This document shows positions 47,278 to 56,606 of a DNA stretch of 64,000 nt, one piece after another. The notes below the pieces were generated by a model. It saw only the letters and a program-made list of their open reading frames with translations, made no database searches and was not told the origin of the DNA. The stretch comes from Candidatus Poribacteria bacterium (GTDB lineage: Bacteria; Poribacteria; WGA-4E; GCA-2687025): contig OY762492.1 in the NCBI GenBank assembly GCA_963665845.2, positions 320,001 through 384,000 on the forward strand. Direction: 5' to 3'. The position numbers and the translations under genes are program-made. Numbering within the stretch: position 1 is the stretch's first letter; each line of letters opens with the position of its first letter.

Positions 47278-49218
47278 ATGAAAATGCGGCGCGTCTTGTG
47301 CGCGGCGTTCATGTTCTTTGCGGCGCGCGAATTGTGCGTCATGGCGTTTATGAACGAATACGGCGATATAGCGGTACTGTCCGGCGTTAAAATGTATCCG
47401 ACAATCTGGAGCAATCGCGGATATGCGATGCGGCGATTCAAGATTGAGAACAGGTCGCTGGATCAAACCTACCGCGTCACGCTGAGCATCCCGGCTGACA
47501 GGTTTGTTGGAAGAGCGTCCCCCGCTCCCCGACTTCATACCGTTTCTAAGACGATTGATGTTGAGCCTTCCACTATGGAATATGTGACGGTGTTTCAACC
47601 CGCTGTTTCTATGTTTGGATACGACTGCGCTGTGACGATTGACGGACAGCGGCAGGAGCAGCCCGTCGAAATGCTGACAGATCTGTATCGGTTTCACGCA
47701 GCTCCGATTTCCGCCCTGACAACATCCGCGACAACGCAGTTCGTCAGCTCGCCAGATCCGTACGAGCCGAAAATCTTCATGACCAATATCAACGCCGCCG
47801 CCTATCAAGCGACGATGAGCAATAAAGCGAGCGAGTACCTTTCCCGCTCAACAGCCGGCGGCAAAAAGTTGGCGCATCCAGTTTTCATCAGCGCCAACAG
47901 TTTTGAGAATCGTTTCAACTTCATGCTGTCTCGCAAAGCAGGAAAATTCACCGCCGGGAACAGCTCCAAAATCAGTTGGCTGCATTATTCCCCGCTTGAA
48001 GGCGTCGTCTATGACGATAGTTATGTGAATGAAATGACAGACCAAGCGCGCCTCGCTCTGTGGCGGTATGTGGAATGCGGCGGAACGCTCACTTTCATTG
48101 TGATTCGGGATGGGGTGGAGGTGGGAGATGGGACATCAAGGTATAGCAGTAAGAAGCTGCTCAGCGAATGGGCGTCTTTAGACTCTCGACTGAAGAATCG
48201 ACGCGTCTATAAGGATACGTATGAGCGGTTCGATGTTGGCTTTGGCGTGTTTCACCTGGTCGGACGGGACAGCTTCGGTTCCGTCGATATTGCCGATACG
48301 GGCGTCGCCGTACCGGAAACATGGTATGAAGCGAGAGCCGCTTGGCATCGGCAGCATACGGCATACGGCGCAAATCAGGTTCTGCCGATGACGGAGCCGG
48401 TCGATTCGCGCGGATCGTTTCAGCGTTTCTTTTTTCTAGCGTTTTTCCTTGCCGTTCTGATCGGACCCGCGCATCTTTATGTTTTAAAACGTATGAAGCG
48501 GCGCGGGTGGGTTTATTGGACGACGCCCGCGCTTGCGGCGCTGGCATGCGGCGCGTTTGTGTTGTATGCGTCTGTCGCGTTCGGTTGGAACCCGCAGACC
48601 CGCGTCGTAAGCTTGACGCATCTAGACCAGCAAACAGGGCGGGCGGCGACCATCGGCTGGGCGGCGTACTATTCCCCCATGACGAATGCCGCCGAGCTTC
48701 ATTTTGATGAAAATACGGAGCTGACGCCTCTAGTGTACGGCGATCAGCTGGTCGGCTCCATCGACTGGACAGACGGACAGCGGCTGACAGGCGGATGGCT
48801 TCCCGCCCGCGTCCCGCGGCACTTCAAGCTGCGCAAAAACGAAGACCGCCCTGAACGCATCGACATCAAAAGAGAGGGCGGCGCCTTAAAGGTCGTCAAC
48901 CGCCTCGGCGCGCGCGTCAAACATTTCTGGTATGCTGACCATGACGGCACACTGTATCGGGCGTCCGGCATCGGAAACGGCGCCGAAGCCGCTTTAACCA
49001 AAACAACAGGCGCGCCGATAGGATCGAAGAAGCTGCGCGATGTGTACGCCTCTCAAGACTGGGTTGACGAGATTGAGGCGGTCAAGGCGAAGCCCGCGGC
49101 GTATCTTCAGCCTGGGCAGTATTTTGCGGAGCTGAAAGAGAACGTGTTTGTGGAGAAGGCGCTGAAGGGCGCGAAGGCCAAGCCGTCCATATCGCTTGTG
49201 TTAGGTACCTTGGAGTAG
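47278..49218 (+). CDS. Array paralog 1: exported N-terminal domain, GATase-like domain, 2 TM helices and C-terminal domain
   Basis: W..Y..LEGVV..ALWRYVECGGTL; LIGP..LKR..W.TTP TM hairpin; shared C-terminus; start may be 47266. Confidence 0.75.
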   Translation: MKMRRVLCAAFMFFAARELCVMAFMNEYGDIAVLSGVKMYPTIWSNRGYAMRRFKIENRSLDQTYRVTLSIPADRFVGRASPAPRLHTVSKTIDVEPSTMEYVTVFQPAVSMFGYDCAVTIDGQRQEQPVEMLTDLYRFHAAPISALTTSATTQFVSSPDPYEPKIFMTNINAAAYQATMSNKASEYLSRSTAGGKKLAHPVFISANSFENRFNFMLSRKAGKFTAGNSSKISWLHYSPLEGVVYDDSYVNEMTDQARLALWRYVECGGTLTFIVIRDGVEVGDGTSRYSSKKLLSEWASLDSRLKNRRVYKDTYERFDVGFGVFHLVGRDSFGSVDIADTGVAVPETWYEARAAWHRQHTAYGANQVLPMTEPVDSRGSFQRFFFLAFFLAVLIGPAHLYVLKRMKRRGWVYWTTPALAALACGAFVLYASVAFGWNPQTRVVSLTHLDQQTGRAATIGWAAYYSPMTNAAELHFDENTELTPLVYGDQLVGSIDWTDGQRLTGGWLPARVPRHFKLRKNEDRPERIDIKREGGALKVVNRLGARVKHFWYADHDGTLYRASGIGNGAEAALTKTTGAPIGSKKLRDVYASQDWVDEIEAVKAKPAAYLQPGQYFAELKENVFVEKALKGAKAKPSISLVLGTLE

Positions 49219-49223
49219 GTGAA

Positions 49224-51158
49224 ATGAAGCATGCGCGCGTTGCGTTGGCGTCGCTTTTTGCGTTGATTGCGGCGGATGTATTTGCCTCCCCGACCGTTTC
49301 GATGATCGGCGATATTGGGATCGTGACAAACTCGAGATCTTACGGTCGAGACGCGTTGAGCGGCTATGCGATGCATCGCATTGAGCTCTGGAACAACTCG
49401 TCCACCAAAACGCATCGGATTCATCTGCGCATTCCAGCAGAGCCGCGCGGTTTGCCCGGCGTCAACGCCTATCTTCACAGCGTCTCTAAGACGTTTGTCG
49501 TTCCGCCATCCTCTCGTATGGACGCGCTGATTCATCAACCGCCGCTGCCGATGCGCCGAGAGCCGACGATCGCTGTCACTGTCAACGGAAAGCTGGAAGG
49601 GAACGTTCGTCTTCGTATGCCGCATTCACATGCAGCCGCCGCGCCGAGACTGTTCTACCCCTCCGCCGCGCCGACAGCGAACTACATCTCCTTCGTCTCG
49701 TATGCGTTTGAACCGCGCGTCTTGATAAACGTATGGAGGAACTACGACGCATATGTCGTACTGGATCAAGCGGTTATCTCGTCCGCTTCTGCCGGCCGCG
49801 GAAGTTATGCGGCGCCTCCTAAGCCTGTCGAAGGCAGCCATTATGACGGGTTAAGAGCCGCCTATTATTATGTCCCGCCGGATGCAACGAGCGGTTTTTT
49901 CAAAGGCAACGGTTCCAAACCGGTCTGGCTCAATTACACAACATTTGAAGGCGTTGTCTATAGCGAAGAATACGCGCAGCATCTGACGCCGGCGGGCAGG
50001 AACGCGCTTTGGCGGTATGTGGATTGCGGAGGTTCGCTCGCCTATTTCGGCAGCGGAAAAATGCCGGCATGGTGGGCGGAGCTGGACCCGCGGCTGGCGG
50101 ACAAGGATCTCCAACATGGCGCGTTTGAGAAGTATGAGATCGGGTTCGGATCGCTCTATTTGGTCGGCGAGGTAGATGCGCCCGCGGCGTCAGATACTTC
50201 TACGGAAACGCATGAACTGCCGGACAGCGCCATCGACATCGCAAAGTCATGGTATGAGTCCCAACCGACGACAACGCGCCGATACACAGCGCAGGGAGCG
50301 GCAGATATTCTTCCTTTAGGGAAACGGTTCAACTTTACCGCGTCTCTACAACGCTTTTTTCTGATGGGGCTGCTTCTGGTCGTTCTGATGGGTCCGGCGC
50401 AGCTGTTCGTATTGAAACGCATCAAACGGCGCGAATGGGTTTATTGGACGACGCCCGCGCTCGCGGCCCTGGCATGCGGGGCGTTTGTGTTGTATGCGTC
50501 CATCGCGTTCGGCTGGAACCCGCAGACCCGCGTCGTCAGCTTGACGCATCTAGACCAGCAAACAGGGCGGGCGGCGACCATCGGCTGGGCGGCGTACTAT
50601 TCCCCCATGACGAATGCCGCCGAGCTTCATTTTGATGAAAATACGGAGCTGACGCCTCTAGTGTACGGCGATCAGCTGGTCGGCTCCATCGACTGGACAG
50701 ACGGGCAGCGGCTGACAGGCGGGTGGCTCCCCGCCCGCGTCCCGCGGCACTTCAAGCTGCGCAAAAACGAAGACCGCCCCGAACGCATCGACATCAAAAG
50801 AGAGAACGGGAAGATAAAGGTTGTCAACCGCCTCGGCGCGCGCGTCAAAAAATTCTGGTATGCTGACCATGATGGCAAACTGTATCGGGCGTCCGGCATC
50901 GGAAACGGCGCCGAAGCCGTTTTAACCGAACAAAAACCCGCGCCGATCGGCTTTAGGAAGCTGCGCCGCGATGTGTACGTCTCTCAAAACTGGGTGGACG
51001 AGATTGAGGCGGTCAAGGCATGGCCCTCGGTGTATCTTCAGCCTGGATGGTATTATGCGGAGCTGAAAGAGAATGTGTTTGTGGAGAAGGCGCTGAAAGG
51101 CGCGAAGGCGAAGCGGTCCACATGTCTTGCGCTGGGCGCATTGGAGGAATCGAAATGA
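49224..51158 (+). CDS. Array paralog 2
   Basis: Same architecture; central-to-C-terminal block nearly identical to paralog 1. Confidence 0.75.
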   Translation: MKHARVALASLFALIAADVFASPTVSMIGDIGIVTNSRSYGRDALSGYAMHRIELWNNSSTKTHRIHLRIPAEPRGLPGVNAYLHSVSKTFVVPPSSRMDALIHQPPLPMRREPTIAVTVNGKLEGNVRLRMPHSHAAAAPRLFYPSAAPTANYISFVSYAFEPRVLINVWRNYDAYVVLDQAVISSASAGRGSYAAPPKPVEGSHYDGLRAAYYYVPPDATSGFFKGNGSKPVWLNYTTFEGVVYSEEYAQHLTPAGRNALWRYVDCGGSLAYFGSGKMPAWWAELDPRLADKDLQHGAFEKYEIGFGSLYLVGEVDAPAASDTSTETHELPDSAIDIAKSWYESQPTTTRRYTAQGAADILPLGKRFNFTASLQRFFLMGLLLVVLMGPAQLFVLKRIKRREWVYWTTPALAALACGAFVLYASIAFGWNPQTRVVSLTHLDQQTGRAATIGWAAYYSPMTNAAELHFDENTELTPLVYGDQLVGSIDWTDGQRLTGGWLPARVPRHFKLRKNEDRPERIDIKRENGKIKVVNRLGARVKKFWYADHDGKLYRASGIGNGAEAVLTEQKPAPIGFRKLRRDVYVSQNWVDEIEAVKAWPSVYLQPGWYYAELKENVFVEKALKGAKAKRSTCLALGALEESK

Positions 51159-52975
51159 GATTGGCGCGTGTTTTATGCGCGGCGGCCCTGTTCGGAGGCG
51201 CGCTGAACGGATCCGCGTTTTATCAGGATTACGGCGACATCTCGATCGAACTGATGAGCTCTATTAGCGGAGCCAGCGGATTTAAGACCCATGGCTACGC
51301 GGCTCTCCGCATTAAAGCAACCAATAGATCTCCCGACAAGGCGCATCGGGTCGAGATACGCTTCCCGAACGAAGGCGGCAGATCCTTCTGGGGTCCAGGG
51401 CAACTTAAAAGCTTTTCCAAGACGATTGATGTCGCTCCCGACTCAACCGCAGAAGCCTACTTTTATCAACCGTCGATACTCCTAGACGGCGACGCTCATG
51501 AAGCGGTTGTGTATATTGACGGAGAAAAGCAGGCTCAGAATATTCATGCGTTTGGCATATCCTCGCATGGCGCTGTCGGTACGTTCAGCAGTTCATCCGG
51601 CGGCTCATGGGTCAATCCTCGAGAAGAGCCGACCGTGTCGTTTGGCGCGATTCGAGAGAGCAGTATTCCCGGATCTTCCAAAGTCAACTCATGGGATCGC
51701 CGTTCATTTGATTCATTTGATTCAACCTGGCTCGCCTATTCTGGTTACGACGGCATTGTTCTGGCTCTTTCCGAAGCCAAAACGTTGAGCGCCGAGGAAC
51801 GCGCCGCGCTCTGGGAGTATGTGAAAGCCGGCGGGTCGCTCGCCGTCATGGGAATAGGGCAATTGCCCGATGACTGGGCGCGGTTGGACAGCCGTTTGGC
51901 AAATCGAGAACTGGTCATGGATGTTTCTGAGCGGTATGAAGTCGGGTTTGGAATTCTTTTTTTGGCGGGACCGCCGTTCTTTCCGACATCGTCCCGCCCC
52001 GCCGTTCATACCGCGATTTACGATTCATGGTTTGAAACGCAAAAGCCCTGGCTGCGAATCTACACCGCCGCCGGCGCCAACACAGCCCTTCCTGTCTCGA
52101 AGCCGGTCGACACACGAGCAAGTTTCCGCCGCATGTTTTTTCTGTCGCTTCTTTTTGCGGCGATTATCGGACCACTAAACATCGCCGTTCTGCGGCGAAA
52201 GAAACAGATGATGCGGCTTTACTGGACGACGCCCGCTATTTCCTTGACCGCCTGTTTGCTGTTCGTTCTTTATTTCGCCGTCTTTGAAGGTCCGGTCAAG
52301 TATATGCGCGTCGCCAGCTTGACGATGATTGACCAGGAGGCGCGCTTGGCGACGACGCTCGGCTGGCTCGGTTTCTATTCGCCGTTTGCGGAGCCTGAAG
52401 GGCTTCTCTTTGACGAAGTAACGGAGCTGACGCTGCAGCAGGAGGGGTTGCCCAGATTTGGCCCGATGGCGGTAGGTACGGCGGCAGGCATGGACAGGAC
52501 AGGTTCCGTTGACTGGACGGACGGACAGCGGTGGTCGGGCGGATGGATTCAGCCCCGCGTCCCGCTGCATTTCAAACTGCGCAAGAGTGAATCCCGCCCC
52601 GAACGCATTGACCTCAAAAGAGAGGGCGGCGATATAAAGGTCATCAACCGCCTCGGCGCCCGCGTCAAAGCGTTCTGGTACGCCGACGATGAAGGCGGAG
52701 TTTATCGAGCGGACGACATTCCGAAAGGCGCCGAAGCCGTTTTAACCAAAACAACAGGCGCGCCGATCGGCTCAAAGAAGCTGCGCGATGTGTACGCCCG
52801 CTGGGACTGGGTCGCCGAGATTGAAAAATTGAAGGCGTCGCCCGCGGCGTATCTTCAACATGGCTGGTATTTCGCCGAGCTGGAAGAGAACGTTTTTGTG
52901 GAGAAGGCGATGAAGGGCGCGGAGATGCTGCCGTCCACATGCCTTGTGTTGGGCGCATTGGAGGAATCGAAATGA
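51155..52975 (+). CDS. Array paralog 3; start moved to MRLARVL
   Basis: GGAGG RBS with ATGA overlap; same architecture. Confidence 0.78.
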   Translation: MRLARVLCAAALFGGALNGSAFYQDYGDISIELMSSISGASGFKTHGYAALRIKATNRSPDKAHRVEIRFPNEGGRSFWGPGQLKSFSKTIDVAPDSTAEAYFYQPSILLDGDAHEAVVYIDGEKQAQNIHAFGISSHGAVGTFSSSSGGSWVNPREEPTVSFGAIRESSIPGSSKVNSWDRRSFDSFDSTWLAYSGYDGIVLALSEAKTLSAEERAALWEYVKAGGSLAVMGIGQLPDDWARLDSRLANRELVMDVSERYEVGFGILFLAGPPFFPTSSRPAVHTAIYDSWFETQKPWLRIYTAAGANTALPVSKPVDTRASFRRMFFLSLLFAAIIGPLNIAVLRRKKQMMRLYWTTPAISLTACLLFVLYFAVFEGPVKYMRVASLTMIDQEARLATTLGWLGFYSPFAEPEGLLFDEVTELTLQQEGLPRFGPMAVGTAAGMDRTGSVDWTDGQRWSGGWIQPRVPLHFKLRKSESRPERIDLKREGGDIKVINRLGARVKAFWYADDEGGVYRADDIPKGAEAVLTKTTGAPIGSKKLRDVYARWDWVAEIEKLKASPAAYLQHGWYFAELEENVFVEKAMKGAEMLPSTCLVLGALEESK

Positions 52976-54792
52976 GATTGGCGCGCGTCTTGTGCGCGGC
53001 GGCGCTGCTCGGATGCGCGCTGAACGGATCCGCGTTTTATCAGGATTACGGCGACATCTCGATCGAACTGATGAGCTCTATTAGCGGAGCCAGCGGATTT
53101 AAGACCCATGGCTACGCGGCTCTCCGCATTAAAGCAACCAATAGATCTCCCGACAAGGCGCATCGGGTCGAGATACGCTTCCCGAACGAAGGCGGCAGAT
53201 CCTTCTGGGGTCCAGGGCAACTTAAAAGCTTTTCCAAGACGATTGATGTCGCTCCCGACTCAACCGCAGAAGCCTACTTTTATCAACCGTCGATACTCCT
53301 AGACGGCGACGCTCATGAAGCGGTTGTGTATATTGACGGAGAAAAGCAGGCTCAGAATATTCATGCGTTTGGCATATCCTCGCATGGCGCTGTCGGTACG
53401 TTCAGCAGTTCATCCGGCGGCTCATGGGTCAATCCTCGAGAAGAGCCGACCGTGTCGTTTGGCGCGATTCGAGAGAGCAGTATTCCCGGATCTTCCAAAG
53501 TCAACTCATGGGATCGCCGTTTATTTGATTCATTTGATTCAACCTGGCTCGCCTATTCTGGTTACGACGGCATTGTTCTGGCTCTTTCCGAAGCCAAAAC
53601 GTTGAGCGCCGAGGAACGCGCCGCGCTCTGGGAGTATGTGAAAGCCGGCGGATCGCTCGCCGTGATGGGAATAGGGCGGCTGTCCGATGATTGGGCGCGG
53701 CTGGACAGCCGTTTGACGAATCGAGAACTGGTCGGCGACACTTCTGAACAGTATGAAATCGGATTTGGACTGCTTTTTCTGTCGGGTCCGCCGTACTTTC
53801 CGACCGCGGCCCGCCCGACCATTCATACAGCGATTTACGATTCATGGCTTGAAACGCAAGGAACCTGGCTGCGAATCTACACCGCGTCCGGCGCCAACAC
53901 AGTTTTCCCTGTCGCCGAGCCGTTCGACACCCTGGCAAGTTTCCGCCGCATGTTTTTTCTGGCGCTTCTTTTTGCGGCGATTATCGGACCACTAAACATC
54001 GCCGTTCTGCGGCGAAAGAAACAGATGATGCGGCTTTACTGGACGACGCCCGCTATTTCCTTGACCGCCTGTTTGCTGTTCGTTCTTTATTTCGCCGTCT
54101 TTGAAGGTCCGGTCAAGTATATGCGCGTCGCCAGCTTGACGATGATTGACCAGGAGGCGCGCTTGGCGACGACGCTCGGCTGGCTCGGTTTCTATTCGCC
54201 GTTTGCGGAGCCTGAAGGGCTTCTCTTTGACGAAACGACCGAGCTGACGCTGCAGCAGGAGGGGCTGCGCAGATTCAGCCCGATGGCGATAGGCGCATCG
54301 ACAGGAATGGAAAGGGGAGGTTCCGTCGACTGGACGGAGGGGCAGCGGTGGTCGGGCGGATGGATTCAGCCCCGCGTCCCGCTGCATTTCAAACTGCGCA
54401 AGAGCGAATCCCGCCCCGAACGCATTGACCTCAAAAAAGAGGGCGGCGATATAAAGGTTGTCAACCGCCTCGGCGCTCGCGTCAAGACATTCTGGTACGC
54501 CGACGATGAAGGCGGAGTTTATCGAGCGGACGACATTCCGAAAGGCGCCGAAGCCGTTTTAACCAAAACAACAGGCGCGCCGATCGGGTTGAAAAAGCTG
54601 CGCGATGTGTACGCGCGCTGGGACTGGGTCGCCGAGATTGAGAGGGTGAAGGCGAAGCCCGCGGCGTATCTTCAACCTGGATGGTATTATGCGGAGCTGG
54701 AAGAGAACGTGTTTGTGGAGAAGGCGCTGAAGGGCGCGGAGATGATGCCGTCCACGTCGCTGGTCATCGGGCAAATGGAGGAGAAGAAATGA
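52972..54792 (+). CDS. Array paralog 4
   Basis: ATGA overlap; 5' third nearly identical to paralog 3. Confidence 0.78.
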   Translation: MRLARVLCAAALLGCALNGSAFYQDYGDISIELMSSISGASGFKTHGYAALRIKATNRSPDKAHRVEIRFPNEGGRSFWGPGQLKSFSKTIDVAPDSTAEAYFYQPSILLDGDAHEAVVYIDGEKQAQNIHAFGISSHGAVGTFSSSSGGSWVNPREEPTVSFGAIRESSIPGSSKVNSWDRRLFDSFDSTWLAYSGYDGIVLALSEAKTLSAEERAALWEYVKAGGSLAVMGIGRLSDDWARLDSRLTNRELVGDTSEQYEIGFGLLFLSGPPYFPTAARPTIHTAIYDSWLETQGTWLRIYTASGANTVFPVAEPFDTLASFRRMFFLALLFAAIIGPLNIAVLRRKKQMMRLYWTTPAISLTACLLFVLYFAVFEGPVKYMRVASLTMIDQEARLATTLGWLGFYSPFAEPEGLLFDETTELTLQQEGLRRFSPMAIGASTGMERGGSVDWTEGQRWSGGWIQPRVPLHFKLRKSESRPERIDLKKEGGDIKVVNRLGARVKTFWYADDEGGVYRADDIPKGAEAVLTKTTGAPIGLKKLRDVYARWDWVAEIERVKAKPAAYLQPGWYYAELEENVFVEKALKGAEMMPSTSLVIGQMEEKK

Positions 54793-56606
54793 GGGCGCGT
54801 TGTTTCCTTACCGCGCTTCTTTGCGCGAGCTTCTTCTGGAGCGTACCCTCAATCGCGCAAGTTTACGGCGATATCGAGATTGAATGGGAGCCGATCTACT
54901 CTACCCGCAGGAGACCCGGCATCCACGGCTACGGTATGCATCGTTTCAAAGTTGTCAATCGTTCGGCGTCCAAAACCCGACGCGTCGCGATTCAGGTACC
55001 TGCTGAAAACATGCGGCGCGGCATGCTCTCCATCCGCAGCGTCTCCAGTACCGCCGCGGTGCCTCCCCAGACAACCATGAGAATAAAGCTCTTCCAGCCG
55101 CCTTATCGAATGGGCGGCGGCGCGCGCGTGTCTATCGATGGCAGCCTGCAAGCTACGCCCATCGCTCAATCTTCCAGGAGCGCTATCGAACACGGCATAT
55201 CGCGGTATTATCGGGAGTCTGAAAATTGGGCGTTGGTCTCTCGAAATATCAAATGGCTGGAGCCGCGCGTATTGCTGAACGAGAACCTTGCCATTTCCAC
55301 TACGATGGCAGGCGGTCCGAAAACAGCGTTTGTCAACGGAGTCGTGGACGAATCGAACTGGCTGGCATACACCCCGTACCATGGCGTCGTCATGACTATA
55401 GAGCAGGCTAAGAAATTGAACCGCGATCAGCTGACCGCCCTGCGCAGATATGTGGAATGCGGCGGCTCTCTTGCGGTGGAAGGGATATGGGAGGAGGACG
55501 CGCGCCTGCCCGATAGTTGGGCTGCATTGGACAGCAGATTCGCAAACAGAGCCATTGACGGCTTTGAGAAGTTTGAGATCGGCTTTGGCGTTGTTTTCTT
55601 GACAAGAAACTTCTGGTACATCATCGCCGGAAGAAGGGATGGAAAACCGTACTTTGCCACCGTCATTCCAACCTCATGGCATGACGGCGGCAAAGCGTGG
55701 TGGAGGACGCCCACCATACAGGGCGCCAATGCAATTTTCCCGATGACAACGGAGTTCCGCTACGAGGATGCGATGCGGCGCATGTTCTATTTCATGCTTC
55801 TCGCCGCTTTGTTGATGGGACCCTTGCATATTTATCTCCTCAATCGAAAGAAACGTCTTAAATGGCTCTATTGGACAACCCCGCTGCTTTCGGCGTTCGT
55901 ATGCCTGGGCGTCGTTCTCTTCGCGGCGATGGAACTAGGGCGGAATAAACAGATGCGCGTCGCGAGCGTTACCTTTTTAGACCAGCGCTTCCAGAGCGCC
56001 GCCACTATCGGCTGGCTCGGCTTCTATTCGCCCATGACGACCATCCATGAGCTTCGCTTCGAGAGCAGTACCGAGTTGACTCCTCTTCTCCTGGACGGAA
56101 GCGATCTGTTGATCCAAGTAGGCGCCTCGGTCGGTACGATCGACTGGACAGACGGGCAGCGGCTCGCCGGCGGATGGGTACAAGCGGGCGTCCCCCTCCA
56201 CTTCAAACTGCGCAAAAACGAAGACCGCCCCGAACGCATCGACATCAAAAGAGAGGGCGGCGATATAAAGGTTGTCAACCGGCTCGGCGCGCGCGTCAAA
56301 GCTTTCTGGTACGCCGACGCTGAAGGCGGGGTTTATCAAGCGGCTGACATTCCGAAAGGCGCCGAAGCCGTTTTAACGAAAACAACAGGCGTACAGATCG
56401 GCTCAAAGAAGCTGCGCAGCGTGTACGCCTCTCCAAACTGGGTTGATGAGATTGAAGCGGTCAAGGCGAAGCCCGCGGCGTATCTTCAACCTGGGCAGTA
56501 TTTCGCCGAGCTGGAAGAGAATGTGTTTGTGGAGAAGGCGCTGAAGGGCGCGGAGATGCTGCCGTCCACATGCCTTGTGTTGGGCGCATTGGAGGGATCG
56601 AAATGA
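54789..56606 (+). CDS. Array paralog 5; start moved to MRARCFL
   Basis: ATGA overlap; divergent N-terminus, shared C-terminus. Confidence 0.78.
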   Translation: MRARCFLTALLCASFFWSVPSIAQVYGDIEIEWEPIYSTRRRPGIHGYGMHRFKVVNRSASKTRRVAIQVPAENMRRGMLSIRSVSSTAAVPPQTTMRIKLFQPPYRMGGGARVSIDGSLQATPIAQSSRSAIEHGISRYYRESENWALVSRNIKWLEPRVLLNENLAISTTMAGGPKTAFVNGVVDESNWLAYTPYHGVVMTIEQAKKLNRDQLTALRRYVECGGSLAVEGIWEEDARLPDSWAALDSRFANRAIDGFEKFEIGFGVVFLTRNFWYIIAGRRDGKPYFATVIPTSWHDGGKAWWRTPTIQGANAIFPMTTEFRYEDAMRRMFYFMLLAALLMGPLHIYLLNRKKRLKWLYWTTPLLSAFVCLGVVLFAAMELGRNKQMRVASVTFLDQRFQSAATIGWLGFYSPMTTIHELRFESSTELTPLLLDGSDLLIQVGASVGTIDWTDGQRLAGGWVQAGVPLHFKLRKNEDRPERIDIKREGGDIKVVNRLGARVKAFWYADAEGGVYQAADIPKGAEAVLTKTTGVQIGSKKLRSVYASPNWVDEIEAVKAKPAAYLQPGQYFAELEENVFVEKALKGAEMLPSTCLVLGALEGSK